Shown: positions 7,028 through 16,639 of the stretch, piece by piece
How the letters are laid out: the number at the start of each line of letters is the position of its first letter
How positions within the stretch are numbered: position 1 is the first letter of the stretch
Source: a virus
Reading direction: 5' to 3' (one strand)
Virus genome (UHGV): UHGV-0099692
Length of the DNA: 24,703 nt
Translations under genes and position numbers: made by a program
The notes under the pieces: model-generated
The model's input: only the letters and a program-made list of their open reading frames with translations
The model's database searches: none
What the model was told of the DNA's origin: nothing

Positions 7028-8927
7028 TGCAGCCGGTGCGATAGCAACAGGGCTTTTATCTCTCATTATTCCTGTTCCACTGACGACAGTTCAGTGGGCC
7101 AATAAACATTATTACCTTCCTAAAGAGTCGTCTTATACCCCGGGGCGGTGGGAAACACTGCCGTTTCAGGTTGGCATCATGAACTGTATGGGCAACGATT
7201 TGATTCGCACTGTTAACCTGATTAAATCTGCCCGTGTTGGTTATACAAAGATGTTGCTGGGAGTGGAGGCTTATTTTATTGAGCATAAATCACGCAACAG
7301 CCTTCTTTTTCAGCCCACGGACTCAGCTGCTGAAGATTTTATGAAATCTCATGTTGAGCCAACGATAAGGGAGGTTCCTGCGTTGCTGGAGCTGGCTCCA
7401 TGGTTCGGAAGAAAACACCGCGATAATACGCTCACCCTGAAGCGTTTTTCCTCCGGTGTGGGTTTCTGGTGTCTGGGGGGAGCGGCAGCAAAAAACTACC
7501 GTGAAAAATCCGTGGATGTGGTCTGTTATGACGAGCTTTCCTCGTTCGAACCGGATGTTGAAAAAGAGGGTTCGCCAACCCTGCTGGGGGATAAACGTAT
7601 TGAGGGCTCTGTATGGCCCAAATCCATTCGCGGCTCGACGCCTAAAATCAAAGGCTCCTGCCAGATCGAAAAAGCCGCTAACGAGTCGGCACACTTCATG
7701 CGTTTTTATGTGCCCTGTCCGCACTGTGGGGAGGAGCAGTATCTGAAATTTGGCGATGAGTCCACGCCTTTTGGGCTTAAATGGGAGAAGGACAGCCCCG
7801 AAAGCGTTTTCTACCTCTGTGAGCATCATGGCTGCGTGATCCATCAGTCTGAACTGGACCAGAGTAACGGGCGGTGGATCTGTGAAAACACGGGCATGTG
7901 GACCCGTGACGGTCTGACGTTTTTCAGCGCTGCGGGTAATGAAATTCCGCCGCCGCGCTCCATCACTTTCCATATCTGGACGGCGTACAGTCCGTTCACC
8001 ACCTGGGTACAGATTGTCTATGACTGGCTGGATGCACTGAAAGATCCCAACGGCCTGAAAACCTTTGTGAACACCACGCTGGGCGAGACCTGGGAAGAGG
8101 CCGTGGGCGAAAAACTCGATCACCAGGTGCTGATGGATAAGGTTGTGCGTTACACGGCTGCGGTGCCTTCCCGGGTGGTTTATCTGACGGCGGGCATTGA
8201 CTCGCAGCGAAACCGTTTTGAGATGTATGTCTGGGGATGGGCTCCGGGAGAGGAAGCCTTTCTGGTGGATAAAATCATCATTATGGGGCGTCCCGATGAG
8301 GAAGAGACGCTGTTACGTGTGGATGCGGCGATCAACAAAAAATACCGCCATGCAGACGGAACCGAAATGACTATTTCCCGTGTCTGCTGGGACATCGGGG
8401 GGATCGATGGCGAAATTGTCTATCAGAGGTCAAAAAAACACGGTGTTTTCCGGGTGCTGCCGGTAAAAGGCGCATCTGTCTATGGCAAGCCGGTGATCAC
8501 CATGCCAAAAACCCGCAATCAGCGGGGCGTGTATCTGTGTGAAGTGGGGACGGACACCGCAAAAGAAATTCTCTATGCCCGTATGAAAGCCGATCCCACG
8601 CCTGCGGATGAAGCCACGTCGTATGCCATCCGTTTTCCTGATGATCCGGAGATTTTTTCGCAGACAGAGGCGCAGCAACTGGTCGCGGAAGAGCTTGTGG
8701 AGAAGTGGGAAAAAGGAAAGATGCGTCTGCTGTGGGATAACAAAAAGCGGCGTAACGAAGCGCTGGACTGCCTGGTGTATGCCTACGCGGCATTACGTGT
8801 GTCCGTGCAACGCTGGCAGCTTGATCTGGCTGTACTGGCAAAATCCCGGGAAGAAGAGACGACCCGGCCAACCCTTAAAGAACTGGCAGCGAAGCTGTCC
8901 GGAGGAGTGAATGGTTACAGTCGCTGA
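6999..8927 (+). CDS. A: Terminase large subunit (lambda gpA homologue)
   Basis: Start chosen at MISDAQ (ATG 6999) inside the 3' end of Nu1, as in lambda; long colinear similarity to remembered lambda gpA ([59 protein letters not shown]). The ORF-track start at 6957 is probably an extension. Confidence 0.93.
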   Translation: MISDAQKAANAAGAIATGLLSLIIPVPLTTVQWANKHYYLPKESSYTPGRWETLPFQVGIMNCMGNDLIRTVNLIKSARVGYTKMLLGVEAYFIEHKSRNSLLFQPTDSAAEDFMKSHVEPTIREVPALLELAPWFGRKHRDNTLTLKRFSSGVGFWCLGGAAAKNYREKSVDVVCYDELSSFEPDVEKEGSPTLLGDKRIEGSVWPKSIRGSTPKIKGSCQIEKAANESAHFMRFYVPCPHCGEEQYLKFGDESTPFGLKWEKDSPESVFYLCEHHGCVIHQSELDQSNGRWICENTGMWTRDGLTFFSAAGNEIPPPRSITFHIWTAYSPFTTWVQIVYDWLDALKDPNGLKTFVNTTLGETWEEAVGEKLDHQVLMDKVVRYTAAVPSRVVYLTAGIDSQRNRFEMYVWGWAPGEEAFLVDKIIIMGRPDEEETLLRVDAAINKKYRHADGTEMTISRVCWDIGGIDGEIVYQRSKKHGVFRVLPVKGASVYGKPVITMPKTRNQRGVYLCEVGTDTAKEILYARMKADPTPADEATSYAIRFPDDPEIFSQTEAQQLVAEELVEKWEKGKMRLLWDNKKRRNEALDCLVYAYAALRVSVQRWQLDLAVLAKSREEETTRPTLKELAAKLSGGVNGYSR

Positions 8928-9117
8928 ACTGCAGGCGCTGCGTCAGGCGCGCCTTGATTTATTAACCGGTAAACGGGTGGTGTCTGTCCAGAAAGATGGT
9001 CGCAGAATTGAATATACGGCAGCTTCTCTGGATGAGCTTAACCGGGCGATCAATGATGCGGAGTCGGTACTGGGGACAACCCGGCGTCGCCGTCGTCCGC
9101 TGGGAGTGAGGTTATGA
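8911..9117 (+). CDS. W: Head-tail joining protein gpW (68 aa)
   Basis: GGAGGAG RBS; ...LTGKRVVSVQKDGRRIEYTAASLDEL... matches the remembered lambda W core ([23 protein letters not shown]); overlaps the A stop and the B start. Confidence 0.9.
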   Translation: MVTVAELQALRQARLDLLTGKRVVSVQKDGRRIEYTAASLDELNRAINDAESVLGTTRRRRRPLGVRL

Positions 9118-10706
9118 AACGAACGCCTGTCCTGATTGATGTGAACGGCGTTCCGCTTCGTGAGAGTCTCAGCTACAACGGGGGCGGTGCAGGATTTGGC
9201 GGGCAAATGGCTGAGTGGTTGCCACCGGCGCAGAGTGCCGATGCGGCCCTGCTGCCCGCGTTGCGTCTGGGGAATGCCCGTGCAGATGATCTGGTGCGCA
9301 ATAACGGAATAGCGGCCAATGCGGTGGCCCTGCATAAGGATCACATTGTCGGGCATATGTTTCTGATCAGCTACCGTCCGAACTGGCGCTGGCTGGGGAT
9401 GCGGGAGACCGCAGCAAAAAGCTTTGTCGATGAGGTGGAGGCGGCCTGGTCGGAATACGCCGAAGGGATGTTTGGCGAGATCGACGTGGAAGGAAAACGC
9501 ACGTTCACGGAATTTATCCGTGAAGGTGTGGGCGTTCATGCGTTTAACGGCGAAATCTTTGTGCAGCCGGTCTGGGATACGGAAACCACGCAGTTATTCC
9601 GTACGCGTTTTAAAGCCGTGAGTCCGAAACGGGTGGACACGCCTGGACACGGTATGGGGAACCGTTTTCTGCGGGCCGGTGTGGAGGTCGATCGATATGG
9701 CCGTGCCGTCGCGTACCATATTTGTGAGGATGATTTTCCGTTCTCTGGTAGTGGACGATGGGAACGGATCCCGCGTGAACTTCCCACCGGACGTCCGGCC
9801 ATGCTGCATATTTTCGAGCCGGTGGAGGACGGGCAGACCCGTGGGGCTAATCAGTTTTACAGCGTCATGGAACGGCTGAAGATGCTCGATTCCCTGCAGG
9901 CAACACAGCTTCAGTCGGCCATAGTGAAGGCGATGTATGCAGCGACGATTGAAAGTGAACTTGATACCGAAAAGGCCTTTGAATATATCGCCGGCGCGCC
10001 ACAGGAGCAGAAGGATAATCCGCTTATTAATATTCTGGATAAGTTCTCCACCTGGTATGACACGAATAGCGTGACGCTGGGCGGTGTCAAAATTCCGCAC
10101 CTTTTCCCCGGTGATGATCTGAAACTTCAGACCGCGCAGGATTCAGACAATGGATTTTCGGCGCTTGAACAGGCGCTGCTGCGGTATATCGCCGCCGGTC
10201 TTGGCGTTTCCTACGAACAGTTGTCCCGTGATTACTCGAAGGTCAGTTACTCAAGTGCCCGCGCCTCCGCCAATGAGTCGTGGCGCTATTTTATGGGGCG
10301 ACGAAAATTTATTGCGGCCCGGCTGGCCACGCAGATGTTTTCCTGCTGGCTGGAAGAGGCACTTCTTCGGGGGATTATTCGTCCGCCACGGGCACGTTTT
10401 GATTTTTATCAGGCGCGATCAGCCTGGTCACGGGCAGAGTGGATTGGTGCCGGAAGAATGGCCATTGACGGGCTCAAGGAAGTCCAGGAATCAGTGATGC
10501 GCATTGAGGCCGGACTGAGCACGTATGAGAAAGAGCTGGCGCTGATGGGCGAGGATTATCAGGACATTTTCCGCCAGCAGGTCAGGGAATCTGCTGAGCG
10601 GCAAAAAGCCGGACTCTCACGTCCGGTGTGGATAGCGCAGGCGTATCAGCAGCAGATAGCGGAGAGTCGCAGGCCGGAAGAGGAGACAACACCACGTGAG
10701 ACGTAA
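9114..10706 (+). CDS. B: Portal protein (lambda gpB homologue), 530 aa
   Basis: ATGA overlap with the W stop; size and position as lambda B; colinear similarity from memory. Confidence 0.92.
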   Translation: MKRTPVLIDVNGVPLRESLSYNGGGAGFGGQMAEWLPPAQSADAALLPALRLGNARADDLVRNNGIAANAVALHKDHIVGHMFLISYRPNWRWLGMRETAAKSFVDEVEAAWSEYAEGMFGEIDVEGKRTFTEFIREGVGVHAFNGEIFVQPVWDTETTQLFRTRFKAVSPKRVDTPGHGMGNRFLRAGVEVDRYGRAVAYHICEDDFPFSGSGRWERIPRELPTGRPAMLHIFEPVEDGQTRGANQFYSVMERLKMLDSLQATQLQSAIVKAMYAATIESELDTEKAFEYIAGAPQEQKDNPLINILDKFSTWYDTNSVTLGGVKIPHLFPGDDLKLQTAQDSDNGFSALEQALLRYIAAGLGVSYEQLSRDYSKVSYSSARASANESWRYFMGRRKFIAARLATQMFSCWLEEALLRGIIRPPRARFDFYQARSAWSRAEWIGAGRMAIDGLKEVQESVMRIEAGLSTYEKELALMGEDYQDIFRQQVRESAERQKAGLSRPVWIAQAYQQQIAESRRPEEETTPRET

Positions 10707-12201
10707 TCTTTCACACATTATTGCCGCAGCATTCAATGAACCGCTGCTTCTGGAGCCCGCCTATGCGCGGGTTTTCTTTTGCGCGCTCGGGCGCGAGATG
10801 GGAGCAGCAAGTCTTTCGGTACCACAACAGCAGGTACAGTTTGATGCTCCCGGAATGCTGGCTGAAACGGATGAGTACATGGCCGGAGGTAAACGACCGG
10901 CCCGTGTTTACCGGGTGGTGAACGGTATTGCTGTACTGCCGGTGACCGGCACGCTGGTGCACCGGCTGGGTGGTATGCGGCCATTTTCCGGAATGACAGG
11001 CTATGACGGTATTGTCGCCTGTCTTCAGCAGGCAATGGCGGATAGCCAGGTGCGGGGCGTACTGCTGGACATTGACAGTCCGGGCGGGCAGGCCGCCGGC
11101 GCGTTTGACTGCGCTGACATGATTTACCGCCTCCGTCAGCAGAAGCCGGTCTGGGCACTGTGCAATGACACTGCCTGTTCTGCAGCCATGCTGCTGGCGT
11201 CGGCCTGCTCCCGACGGCTGGTTACCCAGACATCCCGTATCGGCTCCATTGGCGTGATGATGAGCCATGTCAGCTATGCCGGTCATCTGGCGCAGGCCGG
11301 GGTGGATATCACGCTGATTTATGCCGGGGCGCACAAGGTGGATGGCAATCAGTTTGAAGCGTTGCCGGCAGAGGTTCGCCAGGATATGCAGCAGCGGATT
11401 GATGCGGCGCACCGGATGTTTGCCGAAAAAGTGGCGATGTATACCGGGTTGTCTGTGGATGCGGTCACGGGAACAGAGGCCGCCGTTTTTGAAGGTCAGT
11501 CCGGCATTGAGGCCGGGCTGGCGGATGAATTAATCAATGCGTCGGATGCCATCAGTGTGATGGCCACGGCGCTGAACAGTAATGTCAGAGGAGGCACTAT
11601 GCCGCAATTAACTGCAACGGAAGCCGCCGTGCAGGAGAACCAGCGAGTGATGGGGATCCTGACATGCCAGGAAGCGAAAGGACGTGAACAGCTTGCCACG
11701 ATGCTGGCAGGGCAACAGGGCATGAGCGTTGAACAGGCCCGGGCGATTCTGGCCGCGGCGGCACCGCAGCAGCCGGTGGCATCCGCGCAGAGTGAAGCCG
11801 ATCGCATTATGGCGTGTGAAGAAGCGAACGGTCGTGAACAACTGGCGGCAACGCTGGCGGCGATGCCGGAGATGACGGTGGAAAAAGCCCGCCCGATCCT
11901 GGCGGCTGCACCACTGGCGGATGCCGGGCCCTCACTTCGTGATCAGATCATGGCCCTGGATGAGGCAAAAGGGGCAGAAGCGCAGGCTGAAAAACTGGCG
12001 GCCTGCCCGGGAATGACCGTGGAGAACGCCCGGGCTGTGCTGGCTGCGGGATCAGGTAAGGCCGAACCGGTCTCTGCATCCACAACCGCCCTGTTTGAAC
12101 ATTTCATGGCGAATCATTCACCGGCAGCGGTGCGGGGTGGCGTGTCACAGACGTCAGCAGACGGTGATGCGGACGTGAAAATGCTCATGGCCATGCCATG
12201 A
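10696..12201 (+). CDS. C: Head maturation protease / scaffold (lambda gpC homologue, S49/ClpP-like), 501 aa
   Basis: GTG start overlapping the B stop; N-terminus AAFNEPLLLEPAYARVFFCAL and protease core (GIAVLPVTGTLV, DSPGG, RIGSIGVMMSH, ITLIYAGAHKVDGN) match remembered lambda C; C-terminal third carries three tandem repeat units. Confidence 0.9.
   Translation: MRRNLSHIIAAAFNEPLLLEPAYARVFFCALGREMGAASLSVPQQQVQFDAPGMLAETDEYMAGGKRPARVYRVVNGIAVLPVTGTLVHRLGGMRPFSGMTGYDGIVACLQQAMADSQVRGVLLDIDSPGGQAAGAFDCADMIYRLRQQKPVWALCNDTACSAAMLLASACSRRLVTQTSRIGSIGVMMSHVSYAGHLAQAGVDITLIYAGAHKVDGNQFEALPAEVRQDMQQRIDAAHRMFAEKVAMYTGLSVDAVTGTEAAVFEGQSGIEAGLADELINASDAISVMATALNSNVRGGTMPQLTATEAAVQENQRVMGILTCQEAKGREQLATMLAGQQGMSVEQARAILAAAAPQQPVASAQSEADRIMACEEANGREQLAATLAAMPEMTVEKARPILAAAPLADAGPSLRDQIMALDEAKGAEAQAEKLAACPGMTVENARAVLAAGSGKAEPVSASTTALFEHFMANHSPAAVRGGVSQTSADGDADVKMLMAMP
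11599..12201 (+). CDS. nu3: Candidate nested in-frame scaffold protein (Nu3-like), 200 aa
   Basis: Internal ATG at 11599 in the C frame, preceded by GAGGAGG (11588-11594); lambda encodes Nu3 the same way inside C. Spacer to the ATG is short (4 nt). Confidence 0.45.
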   Translation: MPQLTATEAAVQENQRVMGILTCQEAKGREQLATMLAGQQGMSVEQARAILAAAAPQQPVASAQSEADRIMACEEANGREQLAATLAAMPEMTVEKARPILAAAPLADAGPSLRDQIMALDEAKGAEAQAEKLAACPGMTVENARAVLAAGSGKAEPVSASTTALFEHFMANHSPAAVRGGVSQTSADGDADVKMLMAMP

Positions 12202-12237
12202 AGTCAGTGCTGACCATCAATATGAGGTTTTAACAAA

Positions 12238-12585
12238 ATGGTGACGAAAACCATCACTGAACAGCGTGCGGAAGTACGTATTTTTGCTGGTAATGATCCG
12301 GCTCATACCGCCACAGGCAGCAGCGGGATTTCTTCTGCAACACCGGCTCTGACGCCCCTGATGCTGGATGAAGCCACCGGGAAACTGGTGGTCTGGGATG
12401 GACAGAAAGCCGGTAGTGCGGTTGGCATACTGGTACTGCCGCTTGAAGGCACAGAGACGGTGCTGACCTATTACAAGTCGGGGACCTTTGCGACGGAGGC
12501 AATCCGCTGGCCTGACAGTGTGGATGAACACAAAAAGGCAAATGCCTTTGCCGGCACAGCCCTGAGTCACGCGGCTCTGCCGTAA
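12238..12585 (+). CDS. D: Head decoration protein (lambda gpD homologue), 115 aa
   Basis: ...NDPAHTATGSSG...PLMLDEATGKLVVWDGQ...YYKSGTF...FAGTA matches remembered lambda D motifs (SDPAHTATAPGG, PLMLDTSSRKLVAWDG, FYKSGTF, FAGTA). Confidence 0.9.
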   Translation: MVTKTITEQRAEVRIFAGNDPAHTATGSSGISSATPALTPLMLDEATGKLVVWDGQKAGSAVGILVLPLEGTETVLTYYKSGTFATEAIRWPDSVDEHKKANAFAGTALSHAALP

Positions 12586-12592
12586 CACGTTA

Positions 12593-12614
12593 TCAGGCCA
12601 CCATGGTGGCCTGA
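12593..12614. repeat. Perfect 22-bp palindrome TCAGGCCACCATGGTGGCCTGA in the D-E intergenic region
   Basis: Verified base by base (12593 pairs with 12614 and so on to the centre); centred on CCATGG; 8 nt after the D stop and upstream of the E RBS. Confidence 0.7.
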
Positions 12615-12642
12615 CTGATTTCTGAATGAAAGGAACTGATTT

Positions 12643-13671
12643 ATGGGATTGTTTACGACCCGCCAGTTACTCGGTTATACCGAACAAAAAGTTAAATTCC
12701 GTGCGCTGTTTCTGGAGCTGTTTTTCCGCCGTACGGTGAATTTCCACACCGAAGAGGTGATGCTGGACAAAATTACCGGAAAAACGCCGGTGGCGGCCTA
12801 TGTCTCCCCGATCGTTGAAGGAAAAGTGCTGCGCCATCGTGGTGGTGAAACCCGCGTGTTGCGTCCGGGCTACGTCAAGCCGAAACACGAATTTAATTAC
12901 CAGCAGGCGGTTGAGCGCCTTCCCGGTGAAGATCCGGCTCAGCTGAACGACCCGGCCTACCGTCGTCTGCGTATCATCACTGATAACCTCAAACAGGAAG
13001 AGCACGCTATTGTGCAGGTGGAAGAAATGCAGGCGGTGAATGCCGTGCTGTATGGCAAATATACGATGGAAGGAGACCAGTTCGAGAAAATTGAAGTCGA
13101 TTTTGGCCGATCGACGAAGAATAACATCATACAAGGTAGCGGTAAGGAGTGGTCAAAACAGGATCGTGACACGTTCGACCCGACATATGATATCGACCTT
13201 TTCTGTGATCAGGCCAGTGGTCTTGTGAATATTGCCATTATGGACGGTACCGTCTGGCGTCTGCTGAATGGCTTTAAGCTTTTCCGCGAAAAAATGGATA
13301 CCCGTCGCGGTTCAAATTCACAACTCGAAACGGCAGTGAAAGATCTGGGCGCAGTGGTATCCTTCAAGGGGTATTACGGCGATCTGGCCATTGTGGTAGC
13401 GAAAACGTCTTATGTGGCAGAGGACGGTACCGAAAAACGTTATCTGCCGGAGGGCATGCTGGTGCTGGGGAATACGGCGGCAGAGGGGATTCGTTGCTAT
13501 GGAGCCATTAAGGATGCACAGGCGTTGTCTGAAGGAGTGGTGGCTTCTTCCCGTTACCCGAAACACTGGCTGACCGTGGGCGATCCGTCCTGTGAATTCA
13601 CCATGACGCAGTCCGCGCCGCTGATGGTGCTGCCGGATCCGGATGAGTTTGTGGTGGTACAGGTGAAATAA
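12643..13671 (+). CDS. E: Major capsid protein (lambda gpE homologue), 342 aa
   Basis: Colinear similarity to remembered lambda E (YVSPIV, PGYVKPKHE, DPAYRRLRII, QVEEMQAV, GKYTM, TRRGSNSxLETAVKDLG, REFTMxQSAPLM, PDEFVxVQ). Confidence 0.95.
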   Translation: MGLFTTRQLLGYTEQKVKFRALFLELFFRRTVNFHTEEVMLDKITGKTPVAAYVSPIVEGKVLRHRGGETRVLRPGYVKPKHEFNYQQAVERLPGEDPAQLNDPAYRRLRIITDNLKQEEHAIVQVEEMQAVNAVLYGKYTMEGDQFEKIEVDFGRSTKNNIIQGSGKEWSKQDRDTFDPTYDIDLFCDQASGLVNIAIMDGTVWRLLNGFKLFREKMDTRRGSNSQLETAVKDLGAVVSFKGYYGDLAIVVAKTSYVAEDGTEKRYLPEGMLVLGNTAAEGIRCYGAIKDAQALSEGVVASSRYPKHWLTVGDPSCEFTMTQSAPLMVLPDPDEFVVVQVK

Positions 13672-13679
13672 TCCGTGAG

Positions 13680-13708
13680 CGGGGGCGAAATGCCCCCGTG
13701 TCTTTTTT
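13680..13708 (+). terminator. Intrinsic terminator-like hairpin between E and FI
   Basis: CGGGGGC-gaaat-GCCCCCG (7-bp GC stem) followed by tgtcTTTTTT; 9 nt after the E stop, upstream of the FI RBS (CAGGAGG). Confidence 0.45.
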
Positions 13709-13722
13709 CACAGGAGGCTGAG

Positions 13723-14106
13723 ATGGCAACAAAAGAAGAAAATCTGAATCGTCTTCGTCAACTGGCTGGCCTGCTGGGGCGCGAGGCGGATATGTCGGGG
13801 AGTGCTGCGGATATTGCTCAACGTGTGTCTGAGTGGGAAGAGGAGCTTGCTGTTTCCCCGGAGGGCATTATGCACTCTGATGAGAGCGGGGCTGATCAAA
13901 ATCACACAGACGATGGTGAGCAGTTGAACAACACGGATGCTCCGGATGATGTTAAAGCCGTCCGGGTACGGAAGTGCCTGCAAGTAATGGGGTATTGCCC
14001 GGAGACAGGTCGTCCCGTTGAGCTGGCGTTACGGGGTATGCGTGTTCTGGTGCCATCATCACTGGCAACGGCCATGATACAGCACGGAACGGCTGAATAT
14101 GCGTGA
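13723..14106 (+). CDS. FI: DNA-packaging/head assembly protein FI-like (127 aa)
   Basis: Position between E and FII; acidic middle region similar in character to lambda FI; ATG at 13723 after CAGGAGG preferred over the ORF-track start at 13675, which overlaps the terminator hairpin. Confidence 0.75.
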   Translation: MATKEENLNRLRQLAGLLGREADMSGSAADIAQRVSEWEEELAVSPEGIMHSDESGADQNHTDDGEQLNNTDAPDDVKAVRVRKCLQVMGYCPETGRPVELALRGMRVLVPSSLATAMIQHGTAEYA

Positions 14107-14452
14107 TTTTCAGAATGCCTTTGATGCTGCCCTCGCCGGGGTAGACAGTACGATCGTTGAAGTGATGGGGCTCTGTGCGCAGTTCACCTCGGGGGCACAG
14201 TGTGGCAGCGAAGTTCAGGGGGTTTTTGACGATCCGGAGTCGCTGGGGTTTGCCGGTGGCGGGGTCCGTATTGAAGGAAGCAGCCCGTCATTATTTGTGC
14301 GGACGGATACGGTTCGTGCCGTGCGGCGTGGTGACACGCTGACCATTAATGGTGAGACATTCTGGGTGGATCGTGTTTCTCCGGATGACGGGGGTAGCTG
14401 TTATCTCTGGCTCAACCGTGGGCAACCACCCGCAGTTAACCGGCGACGATAA
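14099..14452 (+). CDS. FII: Head-tail connector FII (117 aa)
   Basis: GVFDDPES...GVRIEGSSPSLFVRTD...RRGDTLTI...FWVDRVSPDDGGSCYLWL...PPAVNRRR nearly identical to remembered lambda FII. Confidence 0.92.
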   Translation: MRDFQNAFDAALAGVDSTIVEVMGLCAQFTSGAQCGSEVQGVFDDPESLGFAGGGVRIEGSSPSLFVRTDTVRAVRRGDTLTINGETFWVDRVSPDDGGSCYLWLNRGQPPAVNRRR

Positions 14453-14466
14453 ACGCAGGGTGAATT

Positions 14467-15042
14467 ATGGCGATAAAAGGGCTTGATCAGGCGATTGACA
14501 ATCTGAGCCGGGTTCGTAAAAACGCCATTCCGGCTGCTTCTGCAATGACCATTAACCGCGTGGCCATAACGGCGATTAATCAGTCTTCGTCACAGGTTGC
14601 CCGGGAAACCAGGGTGAGACGGAAACTGGTAAAGGAACGGTCCAGACTGAAACGGGCGACGGTCAGAAATCCGAATGCCAGAATTATCGTTAACCGCGGT
14701 GATCTCCCTGTGATTAAGCTGGGGATCAGAATGCTGGGGCGTCGTCCGAACAGCATACTCAAAGCCGGTCAGCATCGTTATCAGCGGGCATTTATCCAGC
14801 GATTAAATAATGGGCGCTGGCATGTTATGCAACGTCTTCCCCAGGCCAGATATGAGGAGGGCAATGACGACAAGGGAAGGAAAAAGCGTAATCGCCTTCC
14901 CATTCAGGTGGTGAAAATCCCGATGGCGGCCCCACTGAAACAGGCATTTGATGAGAATGTTGACCGTATCCGGCGTGAACGCCTGCCCGGAGAACTGGCA
15001 TCCGCGCTGAAACAACAACTGAGGATTGCGATAAAACGATGA
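14467..15042 (+). CDS. Z: Tail completion protein gpZ homologue (191 aa)
   Basis: MAIKGLDQAIDNLSR...SQVARETRVRRKLVKERSRLKRATV...NRGDLPVIKLG...NGRWHVMQR...VVKIPMA matches remembered lambda Z. Confidence 0.9.
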   Translation: MAIKGLDQAIDNLSRVRKNAIPAASAMTINRVAITAINQSSSQVARETRVRRKLVKERSRLKRATVRNPNARIIVNRGDLPVIKLGIRMLGRRPNSILKAGQHRYQRAFIQRLNNGRWHVMQRLPQARYEEGNDDKGRKKRNRLPIQVVKIPMAAPLKQAFDENVDRIRRERLPGELASALKQQLRIAIKR

Positions 15043-15434
15043 AACACACTGATATCCGTGCTGCAGTGCTGGATGCACTCGAGCAGCATGAACACGGGGC
15101 GACGCTGTTTGATGGTCGCCCCGTTGTTTTTGACGAAGAGGATTTTCCTGCGATCGCGGTTTATCTGACGGATGCAGAGTATACCGGTGAAGAGCTGGAT
15201 GCAGATACCTGGCGGGCCACACTGCATATTGAGGTGTTTTTACCGGCACAGGTACCGGATTCAGAGCTTGATCAGTGGATGGAAAGCCGGATTTATCCGG
15301 CGATGACTGCGATCCCGGCACTGGCAGGACTGATTACCACGATGGTTACGCAGGGCTATGAGTATCGTCGTGATGACGATATGGCGTTATGGAGTTCTGC
15401 AGATCTGACTTATTCCATTACATACGAGATGTGA
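15039..15434 (+). CDS. U: Tail terminator gpU homologue (131 aa)
   Basis: [33 protein letters not shown]...[26 protein letters not shown]...[10 protein letters not shown] matches remembered lambda U; start overlaps the Z stop. Confidence 0.92.
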   Translation: MKHTDIRAAVLDALEQHEHGATLFDGRPVVFDEEDFPAIAVYLTDAEYTGEELDADTWRATLHIEVFLPAQVPDSELDQWMESRIYPAMTAIPALAGLITTMVTQGYEYRRDDDMALWSSADLTYSITYEM

Positions 15435-15441
15435 GGACGAT

Positions 15442-16194
15442 ATGGCAACACCAAATCCCCTTGAGCCGGTAAAAGGTGCCGGTACCATTCTGTGGGTTTA
15501 CAACGGCAAGGGTGATGCTTATGCAAACCCGTTGTCAGACGATGACTGGCAGCGACTGGCTAAGGTGAAGGATCTGACGCCGGGCGAGATGACGGCAGAA
15601 TCCTACGATGATAACTACCTGGATGATGAAGACGCGGACTGGACCGCGACCGGGCAGGGGCAGAAATCTGCAGGTGATACCAGTTTTACGCTGGCCTGGA
15701 AACCGGGAGAGGAAGGCCAGAAAGGGCTTATAGGCTGGTTTGAAAGCGGCGATGTCCGGGCCTATAAAATCAGTTTTCCGAATGGCACGGTGGATGTGTT
15801 TCGTGGCTGGGTCAGCAGTATCGGTAAGGCCGTGACGGCGAAAGAAGTGATCACCCGCACGGTGAAAGTCACTAACGTGGGTAAACCTTCTGTAGCGGAA
15901 GAACGCAGCAAAATTACGCCGGTCAGTGCGATTAAGGTGACGCCGACATCCGGTACGGTGGCAAAAGGGAAAACAACCACCCTGACGGTTTCTTTTGAGC
16001 CGGAAAGTGCAACCGACAAGACGTTCAGAGCGGTTTCCGCCGATCCGTCGAAAGCCACCATTAGTGTGAAAGATATGACAATTACGGTAAACGGCGTGGC
16101 GACAGGTAAGGTGCAGATCCCTGTGGTGAGCGGAAATGGTCAGTTCGCCGCAGTGGCTGAAGTCACCGTTACTGAAGCGGGCGCTGCAGGGTAA
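15442..16194 (+). CDS. V: Major tail tube protein gpV homologue (250 aa) with C-terminal Ig-like domain
   Basis: [11 protein letters not shown]...ANPLSDDDW...[11 protein letters not shown]...[23 protein letters not shown]...[41 protein letters not shown] matches remembered lambda V. Confidence 0.95.
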   Translation: MATPNPLEPVKGAGTILWVYNGKGDAYANPLSDDDWQRLAKVKDLTPGEMTAESYDDNYLDDEDADWTATGQGQKSAGDTSFTLAWKPGEEGQKGLIGWFESGDVRAYKISFPNGTVDVFRGWVSSIGKAVTAKEVITRTVKVTNVGKPSVAEERSKITPVSAIKVTPTSGTVAKGKTTTLTVSFEPESATDKTFRAVSADPSKATISVKDMTITVNGVATGKVQIPVVSGNGQFAAVAEVTVTEAGAAG

Positions 16195-16207
16195 ACGGAG
16201 GTAATAC

Positions 16208-16639
16208 ATGTTTCTGAAAACAGAACAATTTGAATATAACGGTGTGTCTGTCACGCTTTCCGAATTGTCTGCGCTGCAGCGTATCGAGCATCTTGCCCTC
16301 CTGAAACGGCGTGCAGAACAGGCAGAATCCTGCGGCAACCTGCAGGTAAGCGTGGAAGATCTCGTCAGAACCGGCGCGTTTCTGGTGGCGATGTCCCTGT
16401 GGCATAACCATCCACAGAAAACGCAGTCACCGTCAATGAATGAGGCCGTGATGAAGATAGAGCAGGAAGTGCTCACCACCTGGCCTGCCGATGCCATTGC
16501 CCGGGCGGAAGACGTGGTGTTGTGCCTGTCCGGGATGATCGAAGCTGTTCGTCCGGATACTGATATTACTGAAGTGGCGAAAAATAACACGCTGACTGAT
16601 GATGATTTTTCTGCGGGAAAGTCTTCGACGGCGAGCTGA
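16208..16639 (+). CDS. G: Tail assembly chaperone gpG homologue (143 aa)
   Basis: MFLKTEQFEYNGVSVTLSELSALQRIEHLALLKRRAEQAES...AFLVAMSLWHNHPQKTQSPSMNEAV...VVLCLSGM matches remembered lambda G. Confidence 0.92.
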   Translation: MFLKTEQFEYNGVSVTLSELSALQRIEHLALLKRRAEQAESCGNLQVSVEDLVRTGAFLVAMSLWHNHPQKTQSPSMNEAVMKIEQEVLTTWPADAIARAEDVVLCLSGMIEAVRPDTDITEVAKNNTLTDDDFSAGKSSTAS

